Part shown: piece after piece, positions 14,380 to 29,194 of the stretch | Layout: each line of letters begins with the position of its first letter | Position numbering within the stretch: position 1 is the first letter of the stretch | Origin: Octopus vulgaris | Taxonomy: Eukaryota | NCBI GenBank assembly: GCA_951406725.2 | Contig: OX597822.1 | Coordinates: 94,736,001 to 94,800,000, forward strand | DNA: 64,000 bases | Direction: 5' to 3' | The notes under the pieces: model-generated | Databases searched by the model: none | What the model was told of the DNA's origin: nothing | The model's input: only the letters and a program-made list of their open reading frames with translations | Position numbers and translations under genes: made by a program

Positions 14380-15405
14380 GATTATTATGATTATTTGTCT
14401 AGTGGCTGTAGGGAAAGAGGTAGTATGGTGGACCTGTTTGAAAGGGCTAAAGACAGACACTTTTCTCTTTGGTCAAGCCCCCATCAACTTTTTCAAAGTT
14501 TCCCTTGAAAAGGAAGCTGAGGGTGGAGAGGGAAGTGTTGCCTTGTAGCAAGTTTGTTGAAAGGTGGGTGAATGTTGGAAGAATAGCCAGTGTGAAAGGA
14601 CCAATTCTGAGCATGCACCTGTAAAAAAAAAGAAGAGCTCTTGCCCTTTTCTTCAGGCACCCATGGCTTTTGTGGGGTTTTCCACGAGAACCTTAAAGTG
14701 CCTCCCCTATTGGGAGTTTGTTTAATTTTTATATTGTGTACACACAATATAAGTAACCCATTGTATCGTCTTGTTTTTGTCTTTTATTTTGTTGTATGTC
14801 AATTAATATTTTGTATGTGAGCCCTTGTGGCTAATAAAAGAATTAATTAATATTGTTGTTGTTGCTATTATTATTAGGGCTGAAAGCTGGCAGAATCATT
14901 AGAGGGTCATAAAAAGTGCCTTAGGTTATTTATTCTGGCTTTTTACATTTTGAGCCCAAATCTTGCCAAGATCAACTTTGCCTTTCATCCTTTTGGAGCC
15001 AATAAAATAAAGTACTAGTCAAGTCCTGGAATCGGTGCTACCAACTAACACCGACCCCCACCACTACCATCATCATCGTTGTTGTTGTTATCGTCATCAC
15101 TTTAACATCCACTTTTCCATGCTTGCATGGCTCACATGAAATTCGTTGAAGCAGAATCTAGTTTAATAATAGCTTTATCAAACAAATGAAGATGAAAAGA
15201 AAGCAAAAAAAGTAACTGAACTGAACTGCACTGATTTTAGCAAACAAACAAAAACTTACGTTTCTTTTTCATATCTAATTGTGCCCATGTGAAAAAGTCT
15301 GTATGAATGTATATTAACACAAGTATACACACACATACACACACACATTAAAAAATTGCAAAGAAAAATGATGGAAGAGCATATGGAAAGCAAGAAAAAA
15401 TCCGC

Positions 15406-15757
15406 ATCATCATCATCATCATCATCATCATCATTGTTCGACCGTGGTCGAGACAATGGAATTTACCATGCTACGCCAGACTTCACGGTCCATCATGGCA
15501 TTACGGAGGTCCTGTTGCTGCTGGATGCCTGTATCCCTGGAGATTACATCAGAGTAGGAGAGTGTGCGCCCTCTGGTATCGCGGGTAGATGGCTTCCAGA
15601 GGAGAAGAGTAAAAATTACCTCTTTTTCAGCTCTACAACAATGTCCAGCAAACTGGACTCTCCTACCTTTCACAAGAGATGACACAGGTGGTAGTTTCCC
15701 ATATATTTGCATTTTGGTTGGATGGCGCTTGCCCGCACCCTCGGCTCTCTTGGCCAT
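15406..15757 (-). mobile_element. RTE-clade LINE 3' fragment
   Basis: RRVQFAGHCCR..LLW.P..RGR..D..MMDREVWR; (GAT)n tail. Confidence 0.8.
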
Positions 15758-15886
15758 CTAGAAGAAAAATCCGCAAAGGACATAGATATGCTCTCCCCTC
15801 ATCAGTTATCGACCAGAAATCATCAGAATTTCATGTGTATACATACACATACTCACATATATGATACCCTTGTATATACTTATATA

Positions 15887-15926
<40 letters not shown>

Positions 15927-16025
15927 TTATATGATATTCATATAAATAATGCAATATTGCATTATGTATATATCATCATCATCATCATCTGCATTATATG
16001 TATATTGCATTTTGTGTGTGTGAAT

Positions 16026-16338
16026 AAAGTAAGAAAATGGAGATATAGCATTTAATAAAAATTTGTTATCAGGAAAAATCAAACATTGTCCCTTAGAGCT
16101 GTTTCAGTTCAGCCTAAAAGATTAAATAGTAATTATCAAAATCATTATATTAGGCAAAATCTCTTTAGAGGGGTAGAAAAAGGATATATCGTTAGATTTT
16201 TAATGTGTTGCCTAATATTATGATTTTAATAATTACTATTTAATCATTTAAGCTGAATTGAAACAGCTGTAAGGGTCTGTTTGATTTTTGCAGATAATAA
16301 ATTTCTATTAAATGCTTATATCTCCATTTTCTTACTTT
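16026..16338. repeat. Imperfect long inverted repeat (~130-bp arms), PLE-like fold-back
   Basis: aaagtaagaaaatggagatat... versus ...atatctccattttcttacttt; the right arm carries GAAACAGCTGTA. Confidence 0.8.
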
Positions 16339-17715
16339 CTTTTAAATGATTATAAACCATGATTTATATATAAATCTATTGTTTTATGAATATTATTATT
16401 CACAACAAATATTAGGTATTGAACCAGTAATTCATTGGATGATACCTTCCCTTAATGAGGCGAATTTAACCCCTAGTTGAATATATATCTATTTCTTTAT
16501 TACCCACAAGGGGCTAAACACAGAGGGGACAAACAGGGACTGACATAGGTATTAAGTCGATTACATCGACCCCAGTGCGTAACTGGTACTTAATTTATCA
16601 ACCCCGAAAGGATGAAAGGCAAAGTCGACCTCGGCGAAATTTGAACTCACAACGTAACGGCAGACGAAATACCGCTAAGCATTTCGCCCGGCGTGCTAAT
16701 GTTTCTGCCAGCTCACCGCCTTATATCATCATCATCATCATCAATAAACATCTGTTTTCCATGCAGGCATAAGTAGGCCGGTTTAACAGGAGCTGGCCAC
16801 CTGAAAGGCTGGTCAGGTTCCATGTCTGTTTTGGCTTGGTTTCTATGGCTGTATGCCCTGTCTAGCCCCAATCACTTTACAGTGTGTACTGGGTGCCTTT
16901 ATGCAGCACCAGTACAAATGCTTTTTATGTGGCACCAGCATATATGAGCCTGCAAGACTAGGGATGCTCAGCTGGTTGGGGTTGCGAGGCAACTGCATTT
17001 TTTTACTCAGCTTGATGTGTCTTTTCAAGCATAGCAAACCGCCAGGAGTTTCTTATTTCTTTACTGCCCACAAGGGGCTAAACACAGAGGGGACAAACAA
17101 GGACAGACAGAGGGATTTAAGTCGATTACATCGACCCCAGTGCGTAACTGGTACTTAATTTATTGATCTCGAAAGGATGAAAGGCAAAGTCGACCTCGGC
17201 AGAATTTGAACTCAGAATGTAGCGGCAGACGAAATACGGCTACGCATTTCGCCCGGCGTGCTAACGTTTCTGCCAGCTCGCCGCCAGGAGTTTCTGTCCC
17301 CTGTCATCCCTTCTGTGTGTCCCAATGATTGTAGATCCTTTCTCAGCAATTTGTCCCACATCAACACACACACACACACACATATATTGGCTGTCACTCC
17401 TGTTGTAAATGACATATGAGTGCTCAACAATTCCTTGTTGAACAACTTGTATAAATGATTTGTTTATAATGACCAAATGTTTCTGAACTTTTTTTGGCAG
17501 GCTCTTTCTAGAACCTCCGCTTTGCCAGTAATCTTAACCCTGATCTTTGTTGATTTTTCTGGGACATTGTTTGGTTTTTGTTTTGTTTTTTTTTTTACAA
17601 ATAAATGCACTCCGTAAGCTATCAAATATGGTATATATATTTTTTTTTAAATAAAGTTTTTTGAATTTATATATTTATTTATATTGCTTTTTTCTTTTCT
17701 TTTTAAATTTTCCAG

Positions 17716-17901
17716 TTTGTTGGAATTACATTGCTGATCATCGGTGTTTGGGCTGAGGTGGAACGTCGGAAGTATGGTGCCCTTAATAACCTCATGTCCC
17801 TACCTGTAGCCTTGCTGCTTTCTGTTGGTCTAATTATCTTCATCAATGCCATTCTTGGCCTTGTTGGAACATTCCAAGAGCATGTTATTCTATTGAAAGT
17901 G
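17716..17901 (+). CDS. TSPAN15: TSPAN15-like tetraspanin (TspanC8), first visible coding exon (end of TM1, small loop, TM2)
   Basis: Polypyrimidine tract + ttccag acceptor, GTAAGT donor; 186 bp, phase 0/0. FVGITLLIIGVWAEVERRKYGALNNLMSLPVALLLSVGLIIFINAILGLVGTFQEHVILLKV; AEVERRKY resembles AEVERQKY of vertebrate TSPAN15 (recalled). Confidence 0.92.
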
Positions 17902-20286
17902 GTAAGTAAGCTTTATTTCACTTATTTCAAGTCATACATTGGCAAAATTTTTGTTGCTGTTGTTATCAAGGGAGAATGATTGGTGGAGTTCTTGGGCAAA
18001 ATATTGCGTTTGTATTTTCCTTTACATATGAAGTTCAAATTCTACCATAATCAGCTTTGTCTTTCATTTGTCTAGGGTTTATAAAATAAGTACCAGTGAA
18101 GTACTACATCCTTCACCAAATTTTTATTGCCTTGTGTCCATGTCAGAAATTTTTGTTATTGTCATTGCCGCCAATGATAACAAGGCAGCAAGCTGGTAGG
18201 AACTTTAGCATGTTGGACAAAATGTTTAGTGGCATTTCTTCTGTGAGGCCCCAGACAACAGCCTAATATGCCCATGCCTTATGACCACACTAGGTTATCT
18301 AGCTTGTCAGACAAACTAATGGCCCATCTTACTTGTATGTGATCTACAAATGACATTCGTGTAGAGACTGAACTGTTTCTGTAAGCAGATACAGTTCTCA
18401 GTGTGATAAATGATTGTATTTCATATAAAAGGTTAGCAGTTGTGAGCTGAATGAAGAATTTGTCTACCCTGAAGAGAAAATCCAGTTTTTGCCCTACAAC
18501 CTGATCACAGAGAGATTATCAGAGAACGTCTAGTTCATACATACAATAGATGACCTGTGTATATATATATTAATGTGTAAACTTATTGATCTGTACAAAG
18601 GCCAGAAGTGTTCATAGAGGCCTTTACTTTTGGATCTGATTTCATGATGTTGAAGAGATAAGATGTAAATCTTCCTCTGTCTGATGATCTGTGACCTGTT
18701 CCTGATATCTTGGTGAATTGCAGTGCATAAATTTAAGCATCCTGCTCAGAGACATGACAAACCTATGTGCTATGGTTTGAATTAAAGACCTATGAGCTGG
18801 TACTCTAAGACTTTATCTATTTGTTTAAAATATCCTGTTTAATTTCAATTATAGTGACATTTAAAAAAAAAACCAATTAGGTGCAGGTGTGGCTCTGTGG
18901 TAAAAGGCTTACTCCCCAACCACATGGTTCCGAGTTCAGTCCCACTGCATGGCGCCTTGGGCAAGTGTCTTTCACTATTGCCTCAGGCCAACGAAAGCCT
19001 TGGTAGACAGAAACTGAAAGAAGCTTGTCATGTGTGTGTGTGTTTGCGTATGTGTTTGTCCCACCACCACCACTTGACAGCTGGTATTGGTGTGTTTAAG
19101 GCAGCGAGCTGGCAGAAACGTTAGCACGTCAAGCGAAATGCTTAGCGGTATTTCGTCTGCCGCTACGTTCTGAGTTCAAATTCTGCCGAGGTCGACTTTG
19201 CCTTTCATCCTTTTGGGGTCGATTAAATAAGTACTAGTTACGCACTGGGGTCGATATAATCGACTTAATCCTTTTGTCTGCCCTTGTTTGTTCTCTCTGT
19301 GTTTAGCCCCTTGTGGGTAGTGAAGAAATAGGTATTGGTGTGTTTATGTCCCCATAACTTAGCAGTTTGGCAAAAGGAGGTTGATGGAATAAGTACTGGG
19401 TTTAACAAAAGAATACATACCAGAATTGATTCATTCGGCTAAAATTCTTCCAAGGCAGTGCTCCAGCATGGCGGCAATCTAATGACTGAGGCAAAGAAAT
19501 AAATGATAAAAGATCAATTTTATAAATGACAGCACTGAATATTTTTTTTATAGACTATGAGTTTATATAATAAAGTACTAATTGAAGAGGAGGAGGAGGT
19601 GGAGATGAAGGTGGAGGTGGAGGTGGTAATTGTAAAGTTAAGATATGCTTGTAGTGAGATTGATCAAAGGGTAGAAAGAACACTCAGTCACCTCTCGTTT
19701 CTCCCCCATACTTTTTTCAAGACATGTGGCTACTTACTTATTACCATTAACCTAGATTATCGCATTGTGAAAGAGGTAAAAAAAAAAGAAAAAAAAAAAA
19801 AAAGGAAACCCTTTTCAATAATGTGTATGGAGATCAAAAAGTTGCAGCACTATATCTATATTGCATGGAAACAAAGCTTTGCTATAACAAAAGAACTTTT
19901 ACCGTTTCTTAGACTTGCCAGCATCATGTTTCAGGGTGTCTGTTGCTTTCTTATTCACATGGTTTGTTAAGTAATGGAATGTGTGAAAAATAGCATTCAC
20001 CTACCACACTTTTATATTTCATATGTAATATAATTGTGTCTATATATATATGTATGTGTGTGTGTGTGTATGTGTATGTGTGTGTTTCTATTTATATAAA
20101 TGTGTGTATTTATGTAAGTATATATATATATGTATGCATGCATTTATTTGATGTCATAAAAATGTATAAACTTTAAGAGAATCTGAAATAATTCTTTTTT
20201 GTAACAGTGGATCTTGATGCACATAAAGCTATAAATAATAGTGTGTAAACATTGGGTTAAAAACCTTTTTTGATAGAAAATGTTGA

Positions 20287-20348
20287 AGGCTGCCAGTGGG
20301 ATTTGAACCCACATCCCCTGTAAACATGACAGGTGTTCTACCATTGTG
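20287..20348 (-). pseudogene. Partial tRNA-like sequence (SINE head or tRNA pseudogene)
   Basis: Minus strand tggtagaaca cctgtcatgtttacagg ggatgtgggttcaaatcccactggcagcc; no paired acceptor stem. Confidence 0.45.
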
Positions 20349-20799
20349 TATGTCGCAGAGAGAGCAAAAGCTCCTGGCAAGCTTGAGAAATAATCGTAAT
20401 CTATTTCCATGTCCCAGCTGCAGCTATTTCTCTTGTTTGTGTTGTTAGTGTAGTTGTGAAAGGCATGAACGTCTCCACAGCATCATTATTGCTTTCCCTT
20501 ACCAAATCTCTTGTAAGAACCAAACATGAAACCATTTCAATGCTCCACTCTTTTACTTGTTTCAGTCATTTGACTGTGGCCATGCTGGAGCACCGCCTTT
20601 TTTAGTCGAGCAAATTGACCCCAGGACTTATTCTTTGTAAGCCTAGTACTTATTCTATCGATCACTTTTGCCGAACTGCTAAGTTACGGGGGCGTAAACG
20701 CACCAGCATCGGTTGTCAAGCGATGTTGGGGGGACAAACACAGACAGACAAACATACACACACACACACACACACACATACATACATACATACACACAC

Positions 20800-20855
<56 letters not shown>

Positions 20856-21614
20856 GTATATACGACGAGCTTCTTTTCAGTTTCCGTCTACCAAATCCAC
20901 TCAAGGCTTTGGTCGGCCCGAGGCTATAGTAGAAGACACTTGCCCAAGGTGCCAGTGTCTCGATTGGTTTTTAGGTTTATCCTTGAGTGACCATCAAATA
21001 ATGTTTCCATTATCACCATTAAATAATGTTTTCACTGTGAGAATGAAATATATTTCTGCTGTTACCATCATCATCATCACCATTTAGCATCCGCTTTCCA
21101 TGCTAGCATGGGTTGGACGGTTCAACTGGGGTCTGTGAAGCCAGAAGGCTGCATCAGGCCCAGTCTGATCTGGCAGTGTTTCTACGGCTGGATGCCCTTC
21201 CTAACGCCAACCACTCCGTGAGTGTAGTGGGTGCTTTTTACATGCCACCCGCACAGGTGCCAGACGGAGCTGGCAAACGGCCACAAACGGATGGTGCTTT
21301 TACGTGCCACCGGCACGGGGGCCAGGTGAGGCTGGCAATGGACACGAACGGATGGTGCTTTTTACGTGCCACCTGCACGAGGCCAATCGGGGCGGCGCTG
21401 GCAACGGTCATGAACGGATGGTTCTCTTACGTGCCACCGGCACTGGTAACTCAGCTGCAATTTCCATTGATCGATTTCGATTCTGATCCTCACTTGCCTC
21501 AACAGGTCTTCACAAGTAGAGTTTTGTGTCCCAAGAAGGGAAGGTATGCATACGTAGGCTGGCTCCATCCCATGTAAAAGGCCACGGGTTATGGTCTCAC
21601 TTGTCCTGCAGACA

Positions 21615-22360
21615 TATTTCCACTGTAACCATCAAGCATTTTCGCAGTGACTAACAAATAGTTTCCATTGTGACCTTCAAACAATATTTTCATGGTGACT
21701 ATTAAATGATGTTTCCACTATGACTATCAGTGTTTCCTCTGTGGCTATTAAACAGTGTTTCCACTCACCATCAAACAGCATGACCACTGTGACAAAAATG
21801 TTTCTACTGTGACCATCTAATACCAATTTCTTTACTACCCACAAGGGGTTAAACACAGAGAGGACAAACAAGGACAGACAAACGGATTAAGTCGATTAAA
21901 TCGACCCCAGTGCGTAACTGGTACTTAATTTATCGACCCCGAAAGGATGAAAGGCAAAGTCGACCTCGGCGGAATTTAAACTCAGAACGTAACGGCAGAC
22001 GAAATACCTATTTCTTTACTATCCACAAGAGGCTAAACACAGAGAGGACAAACAAGGACAGACAAACGGATTAAGTCGATTAAATCGACCCCAGTGCGTA
22101 ACTGGTACTTAATTTATCGACCCCGAAAGGATGAAAGGCAAAGTCGACCTCGGCGGAATTTGAACTCAGAACGTAACGGCAGACGAAATACCACTAAGCA
22201 TTCCGTCCAGCATGCTAACGATTCTGCCAGCTTGCCATCTAATATTGTTTCCACTAACCATTAATCAATGTTTCCACTGTGACCATCAAACAATTTTTCC
22301 ACTGACCATTAAACATGTTTTCACCATGGCCATCAAACAGTATTTCCACCGTGACCAATA
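21615..22360. repeat. Degenerate ~20-bp minisatellite (tttccactgtgaccatcaaaca) split by the SINE B dimer
   Basis: Motif repeats on both sides of 21824-22236; also at 20985-21068. Confidence 0.7.
21824..22236 (-). mobile_element. Dimer of SINE B (184-bp period)
   Basis: Same junction at 22008. Confidence 0.88.
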
Positions 22361-22426
22361 TATCTTGTATTGTGGTGTTTGACTCTTATCAGTATATGAT
22401 ATAAGACTGACTGTTGTCAGTACGTC

Positions 22427-22791
22427 TCTATATATATATAAACGGCAAAATGTGTGTGTGTGTGTGTCCTTTATTCAAATCCACAATTTTTCAGTTAGAG
22501 GGCTCACACTTTCTATGGTCATTCAAAACCGTCCAAGGGTGGTCGTGCACATCTTTACATTTCCCCAGTCAACCCGCAAAGCCATTAAAAAATCAATAGA
22601 AGTGACTTTTTGTGAATTTTCTATCTAAAACCCAATCAAAATGCCCAAAACTTGATACGCCAATTGAATGCCAGCTAGCTGTATGCGATTGGTCAGAGAT
22701 TTGGACAGTACTCGTGTGTATGTGCGCATGCACGCAGCTGTATATGCATGCACTAGCACTATGACCCGGCAACACCGGGTCATAGTGCTAG
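22427..22791 (+). mobile_element. Non-autonomous Helitron
   Basis: 5' TCTATATATATAAA plus (GT)n; 3' GC hairpin cccgg caaca ccggg, then CTAG followed by T. Confidence 0.75.
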
Positions 22792-24905
22792 TCTGCAATA
22801 TAAGTTAAATTATTCTTCATCCTCTCATGTCTTTCATGACTTTTATTCATCATCATCATCATCGTTTAACGTCCGCTTTCCATGCTAGCATGAGTTGGAC
22901 GATTTGACTGAGGTCTGGCGAACCAGATGGCTGCACCAGGCTCCAATCTGATCTGGCAGAGTTTCTACAGCTGGATGCCCTTCTTAACGCCAACCACTCC
23001 GAGAGTGTAGTGGGTGCTTTTACATGCCACCGGCACAAGCGCCAGTCAGGCGGTACTGGCAATGGCCATGCTCAAATGTTTTTTACGTTCCACCTGCACA
23101 GAAGCCAGTCCAGCGGCACTGGCAACGACCTTGCTCGAATATTTTTTTTTACGTGCCAGTGAGGCGACGCTGGTAACGATGGCGATGCTGGTAACTATTG
23201 ACTTGACAAAATTAATACTGATATAAACAATAGAAATATAGCAACCGTATCCTACTTTAGGTAGAGTGATTAATGAAAAAGTTAAGTCGACAGTTAAGCT
23301 CTGCAATAGGCATGATCAGTTCCATTTTTCTTTTATTTTACATTCTGTATTGTTTTCATGCTACATTTATTTCTATAGTTGTTCTTGTATCTGCTATTAT
23401 TGTTTTCTAGTGATCTTCATATAAAGGAAAATCCCTTGCTGTATGCAAAGAACTTTATATTTAGTTATATTTGTTCTGTCAGCTAGGGCCCGGCCCTTTC
23501 ATTAAATCAATGCCTTTCACATTGAATACTTTGCATTTTTATCTTGTTGTTTGACAAGGTCAGTTGACTTTAAAATCTCATGCCCAATGTCAGCAGTTTC
23601 AGCTCTGGAATTTCAATAAAAATCAATGGCCTTCATTTTGTTTCTTTTTAGCTCGACTGACTAATGTTAGAAATTGAATTTTGAATAGGATGAAATGAAA
23701 GCTTTCATATTTTATTCAAAATGTCTTGATTTAAATATCCTTATTAATTATTTTTATTAAATCAGCGGTGACTTTTAATTATTGTTCTTTGAATATTTTA
23801 TTTCATTAAAAAAAAATGTTTCTCTCTCTCTCCCCCGTTCCCCCCATCTCTGTCTGTCTGCCCCCCCCCTCCCCTCTCTCATAGAGAGTAAACTTAGCTT
23901 GAAAAGCTAGAAACAAGATAACTCTTGGATATTTAGCTTTTAATTGTTGTTGGGATTGAATAGAATTTTGTTAGAGAGAAAAGAGCAAGAGTTTGCCAAT
24001 CCAGCTTATTCACTTCAGCTCATTATTATAAGTACAAATTGTTTCCTAAATTGCTGGAACAAAAGAAATTAAAACATTAATGATAAATAATTGATATCAT
24101 ATCACATTAACAGCCTATTTTAATATATTCACAATAAAGCAGCACACCTAAGTATAATTACATTTCATAAATAATATTTCTTCAACAAATTGTGGTTACA
24201 CAGACAAATAGGAACATGTGTCTACATATTTACATAACCTAATTAATAACAGCCGTGTTTAGTTGTATGATTCATAACAGACAGCAGTATTCTTGGGAAA
24301 CTGTTTTTAAATGTGGTTGGCTCAGTTCTTAAGATGACTAAAGCCATGGTTGATCTGAATATAGCAGTAATGCCTTTTGAATGATGGTATAGTGGACAAG
24401 GCACCGAGCTGGCAGAATCGTTAACATGCCCGGCGAAATGCTTAGCGTTATTTCGTCTGCCGCTACGTTCTGAGTTCAAATTCCGCCAAGGTCGACTTTA
24501 CCTTTCATCCTTTCGGGGTCGATTAAATAAGTACCAGTTACGCACTTGGGTCAATATAATCGACTTAATCCATTTGTCTGTCCTTGTTTGTCCTCTCTGT
24601 GTTTAGCCCCTTGTGGGTAGTAAAGAAATAGGTATAGTGGACTGGTTGGACAAATTAGTGTCTGAGATAGTGCAGAGTCCTTTTTATAAGCAGTTTTGAA
24701 AAATTACCTCTATAAACAAAATATCAATAATGTTCTCCATGTGGTTCTCAGTAGTCACTGCAGGATCTTCTGGTCAGAGTAGTTATAAAACCATATTGTT
24801 ATTGAATTGGTAAGAATGCCCCAGAACACATGCAACAACTGAAAGAATTCGGGGGTTCCCCCCCCCCCCCCTAGGAATGAGAACCCAGATTCAAAATTTC
24901 CCCAA

Positions 24906-24951
24906 GACACCTGATGAAGGCTGGAGGGTATATCAGCTGAAACGTTGTGTT
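24906..24951 (+). ncRNA. Minimal type I hammerhead ribozyme motif
   Basis: gacac-CTGATGA-a-ggctgg(agggtata)tcagct-GAA-ACGT-T-gtgtt: stems I and II pair, palindromic stem III. Confidence 0.7.
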
Positions 24952-26633
24952 AGCAACAAACAAGATGAGGACAAATATCTGTCAATTGTAAATAATGTAG
25001 TAAACCTTGTAACCAAGCACCACTTATCTGGTTTTGAAGTTGACTCACACTACTGGGGCCTTGTTTCCCACTCACACTACACGAGATTGTTTCAATTTTT
25101 AGTTTATATTCTTTTATTCTTTTACATGTTTCAGTAATTTGACTGTGACCATGCTGGAGCACCGCCTTAAAGGGTTTTAGTCTAAGAAATTGACCCCAGG
25201 ACTAATTCTTTGTAAGCCTAGTACTTATTCTATCGGTCTCTTTTGCTGAACCACTGAGTTATGGGGGACATAAACACACCACCATCAGTTGTCAAGCAAT
25301 GGTGGGGTGACAAACACAGGTACAAAAACACACGTACATAAATATATATACATGTATATGTATGTGTAAATATATATACACACACACACATACACACAAT
25401 AGTCTTCTTTCAGTTTCTGTTTACCAAATCCACTCACAAAGTTTTGATCTGCCTGAGGCTACAGTAGAAGACACTTGCCCAAGGTTCCACACCGTGGGAC
25501 TGAGCCCTGGACCGTGTGATTTAGAAGCAAGCTTCTTACCACACAGCACAAGATTATTTTAATTTCATAGTCAGGAGGAAAGGTAGCACCCATGACCCTT
25601 TATAGAGCATCCAAGACAAGTGGGGATAAGCTGGAATCTGGCTTGAATGCTTGCAACTGAGTGAACCCTGCTAAGGTCACCAAAGCTGCTATATAGTGGC
25701 GGTGTTAAACTGGGTGATGGATTAATTCTACGACCCAAGGTGGACTGTGACAAGATTCGAACTTAGAACACAGCCAGCCAGAACAAATGCCACTAGGTCT
25801 CCAGTCCAACATTCTTACAGTTCTGCAAATCCACCACCCAGGAGTGGTACTTTTTATCAGTCCTAAAGGGATGAAAAACAAAGCTGACCTTAGCAAGATT
25901 TGAACCTAGAGTGCAGAGTGCTGGAATAAATGCTGCTAAGTATTTTATCAATGTTCAGACAACTTTGCCACTGTACCCTCTTAATGCCCATGTGTCACCT
26001 GTTTTTGTTACATTGTTTGGGTTTTTCACTTGTTTTCAGTTCTTAATTTTAATAAACTTGCTAAGTTTAGTGTTAAAAAAAATATTCCCTTAAAGCCATA
26101 ATATATGGAATAAAGGCAGAGGTGGCAGTGGCGGGGGCAGCGGCATTCTTGTTAAGGCAATGAGATGGCAGAATCATTAACACACCAAGCAAAATGTGTA
26201 GAAGCATTTCATCGGTCTTTACATTCTGAGTTCAAGTTCTACCTAGGTCAGCTTTGCCATTTATCCTTTCAGGGTTGATAAAATAAGTACCTATTTCTTT
26301 ATTACCCACAAGGGGCTAAACACAGAGGGGACAAACAAGGACAGACAAATGGATTAAGTCGATTACATCGACCCCAGTGCGTAACTGGTACTTAATTTAT
26401 CGACCCCGAAAGGATGAATGGCAAAGTCGACCTCGGCAGAATTTGAACTCACAACATAACGCAGACGAAATACGGCTATGCATTTCACCCAGCGTGCTAA
26501 CGTTTCTTGCCGCCTTATAAAATAAGTACCAGTTCAGTACTGGGGTTGATGTAGTCAACTTATCCCCTCCCACTGAACATGCTGGCTTTGTGCTAAAATT
26601 TGAAACCACCACCACCATTATCATCATCATCAT

Positions 26634-27083
<450 letters not shown>

Positions 27084-27671
27084 TTTGATGAGAATAATTG
27101 TAATTGTTATAGTTTTTATGAGTTTTTTTTATGTAAGAAGTAGTTTTTATTTTAGGTCTTTAATCCCAGAATTAATTCTGACATAAAGGCACATGCTACA
27201 TGAATACAGATATGTGAACACACAAGGAGACTTGGATGCACACCTGATCTAACTATATATATATATATATATATATAATAATAATAATATTAGAAAATAA
27301 ATCCAAACTTACAGGGAAAAATTAGATTTAGGATTAAATCCAATTTTATAGTATAAATATATTATATTATATTATATCAAATTAGAGATAAAACCACTAT
27401 TAGGCAAATATTGTGTTTTACTCTTTATCTTTTATTAAACTTTTAATACTTTTGATATTTAAAAAAAAAAAATTAATTAATTAATTAATTAATAAAATAA
27501 TATATAAATATAAAAATATACATACATACATATATATATATATATATTTGTATATATATATAAAATTTATAAGTTTAAATTATTTAAATAATTTTTTATT
27601 TTTAACTTTTATATTTTTTAATTAATTTTATGTATTGGCTTATGTTTTTCACTGTTTGGTTTTATCTCTAA

Positions 27672-27729
<58 letters not shown>

Positions 27730-28153
27730 TCCCACACTTGCATTCAAACATACACATGCACATGCACACATATACACTCTCTTTCTCTCTAGCTCACACA
27801 CACGCACATACACACACACACACACAGCTCTCAACATGCATATCCGCTTACATTTACTTACAGAACTAATCTGCTCAATGAAAGGAGAAAGGTGTCAAAA
27901 ATATTCTTTAAAAAACAGGACAGCGTTATAGAATAGGTTTGGGGCTCAGTCGTTTGTTCATTTCAAAATAGATTATTGGTAGGCATAACTCGATAGGTAC
28001 AGGTGCAGCTATTGTAACTACTAGGTAAACTTCACTCACCTTTATTATGCTAGTAACCAAGCTGGAAACTGAAAGCAGCTTGTTCTATATTTGTTTGTTT
28101 GTGTGTGTGTGTGTATCTATATGTACACACACACACACACACACATACATACA

Positions 28154-28335
28154 TCTATTATATAAAATCCGTTCTGTCTGTCTATGTGTGTGTGTGTGTC
28201 TTCTAGGACCTCTGGTATCCTCCATCTGATTGCGCTCAAATTTGATGTGTAGATACCGACGGTATCAGGGCATCTATAAGTCTTGAAAAAAATTACAAAA
28301 ATCGATTCCAAGTGAGAATGCGATCGATAAAGTGA
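28154..28335 (+). mobile_element. Helitron 5' fragment
   Basis: A|TCTATTATATAAAA followed by (CTGT)/(GT)n, as in the other Helitrons; no 3' end seen. Confidence 0.45.
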
Positions 28336-28531
28336 ATAAAATTGTTTTTCTTTGGAATAGAAAAAAAAGTCTGTCTTTATTTCTTCTATTGCTGGTGTCT
28401 CAAATTTAGGTTAAATCAGTGTTTCTCAAAGGAGAGGCCTATGGGACGGTCGGACAAGTTGTTTTGAGAAAATTTGGTTTAAATGTTTGACAACTCAACA
28501 CCGTCCATTGGACGGGAGGGAGCATTTTGCT

Positions 28532-28586
<55 letters not shown>

Positions 28587-29162
28587 ATGTTAGTGAAGGC
28601 ACATGGTTCAGTGGTTAGAATGTTGGGCTTACAATTGTGAGATTGTAAGTTCGATTTTTGTGTTCTTGAGCAAGACATTTTATTTCACATTGCTCCAGTT
28701 CACTCAGCTGCAGAAATAAGTTCTGATGTCATTGGTGCCAAGCTGCAGCAGCCTTCACCTTTCCCTTGGACAGCATCAGCAGCATGGAGATCGGAGGCAG
28801 GTATGCATGGGCAAGCTGGTCTCCCACGAAGAACTTTGCCCAGACTTGTCCCTTGGAGGGGAACTTTCTAGGTGCAATCCCTCGGTCATTTTTAACTTGA
28901 GGAGGTCTTTATTTATGTGTATATGTATGTATGCATGTATATATGCGTACATACATGCATACATGTCTGTGCATGTGTGTTTTATCTCCTTGTCTTTTGT
29001 GTCTTTTGTTTTTCTGTGGAAATATCCACGAGGAAATATCAGTTGTCTTGGAAAAAGGTGGGAGTTGAAAATCTATCTCGATAAATTCAGTCCGCCCCAC
29101 GCAAGCATGGAAAAATAGACTTTGAAATGATGATGATGATAATGATGATGATTATCATCATC

Positions 29163-29194
<32 letters not shown>

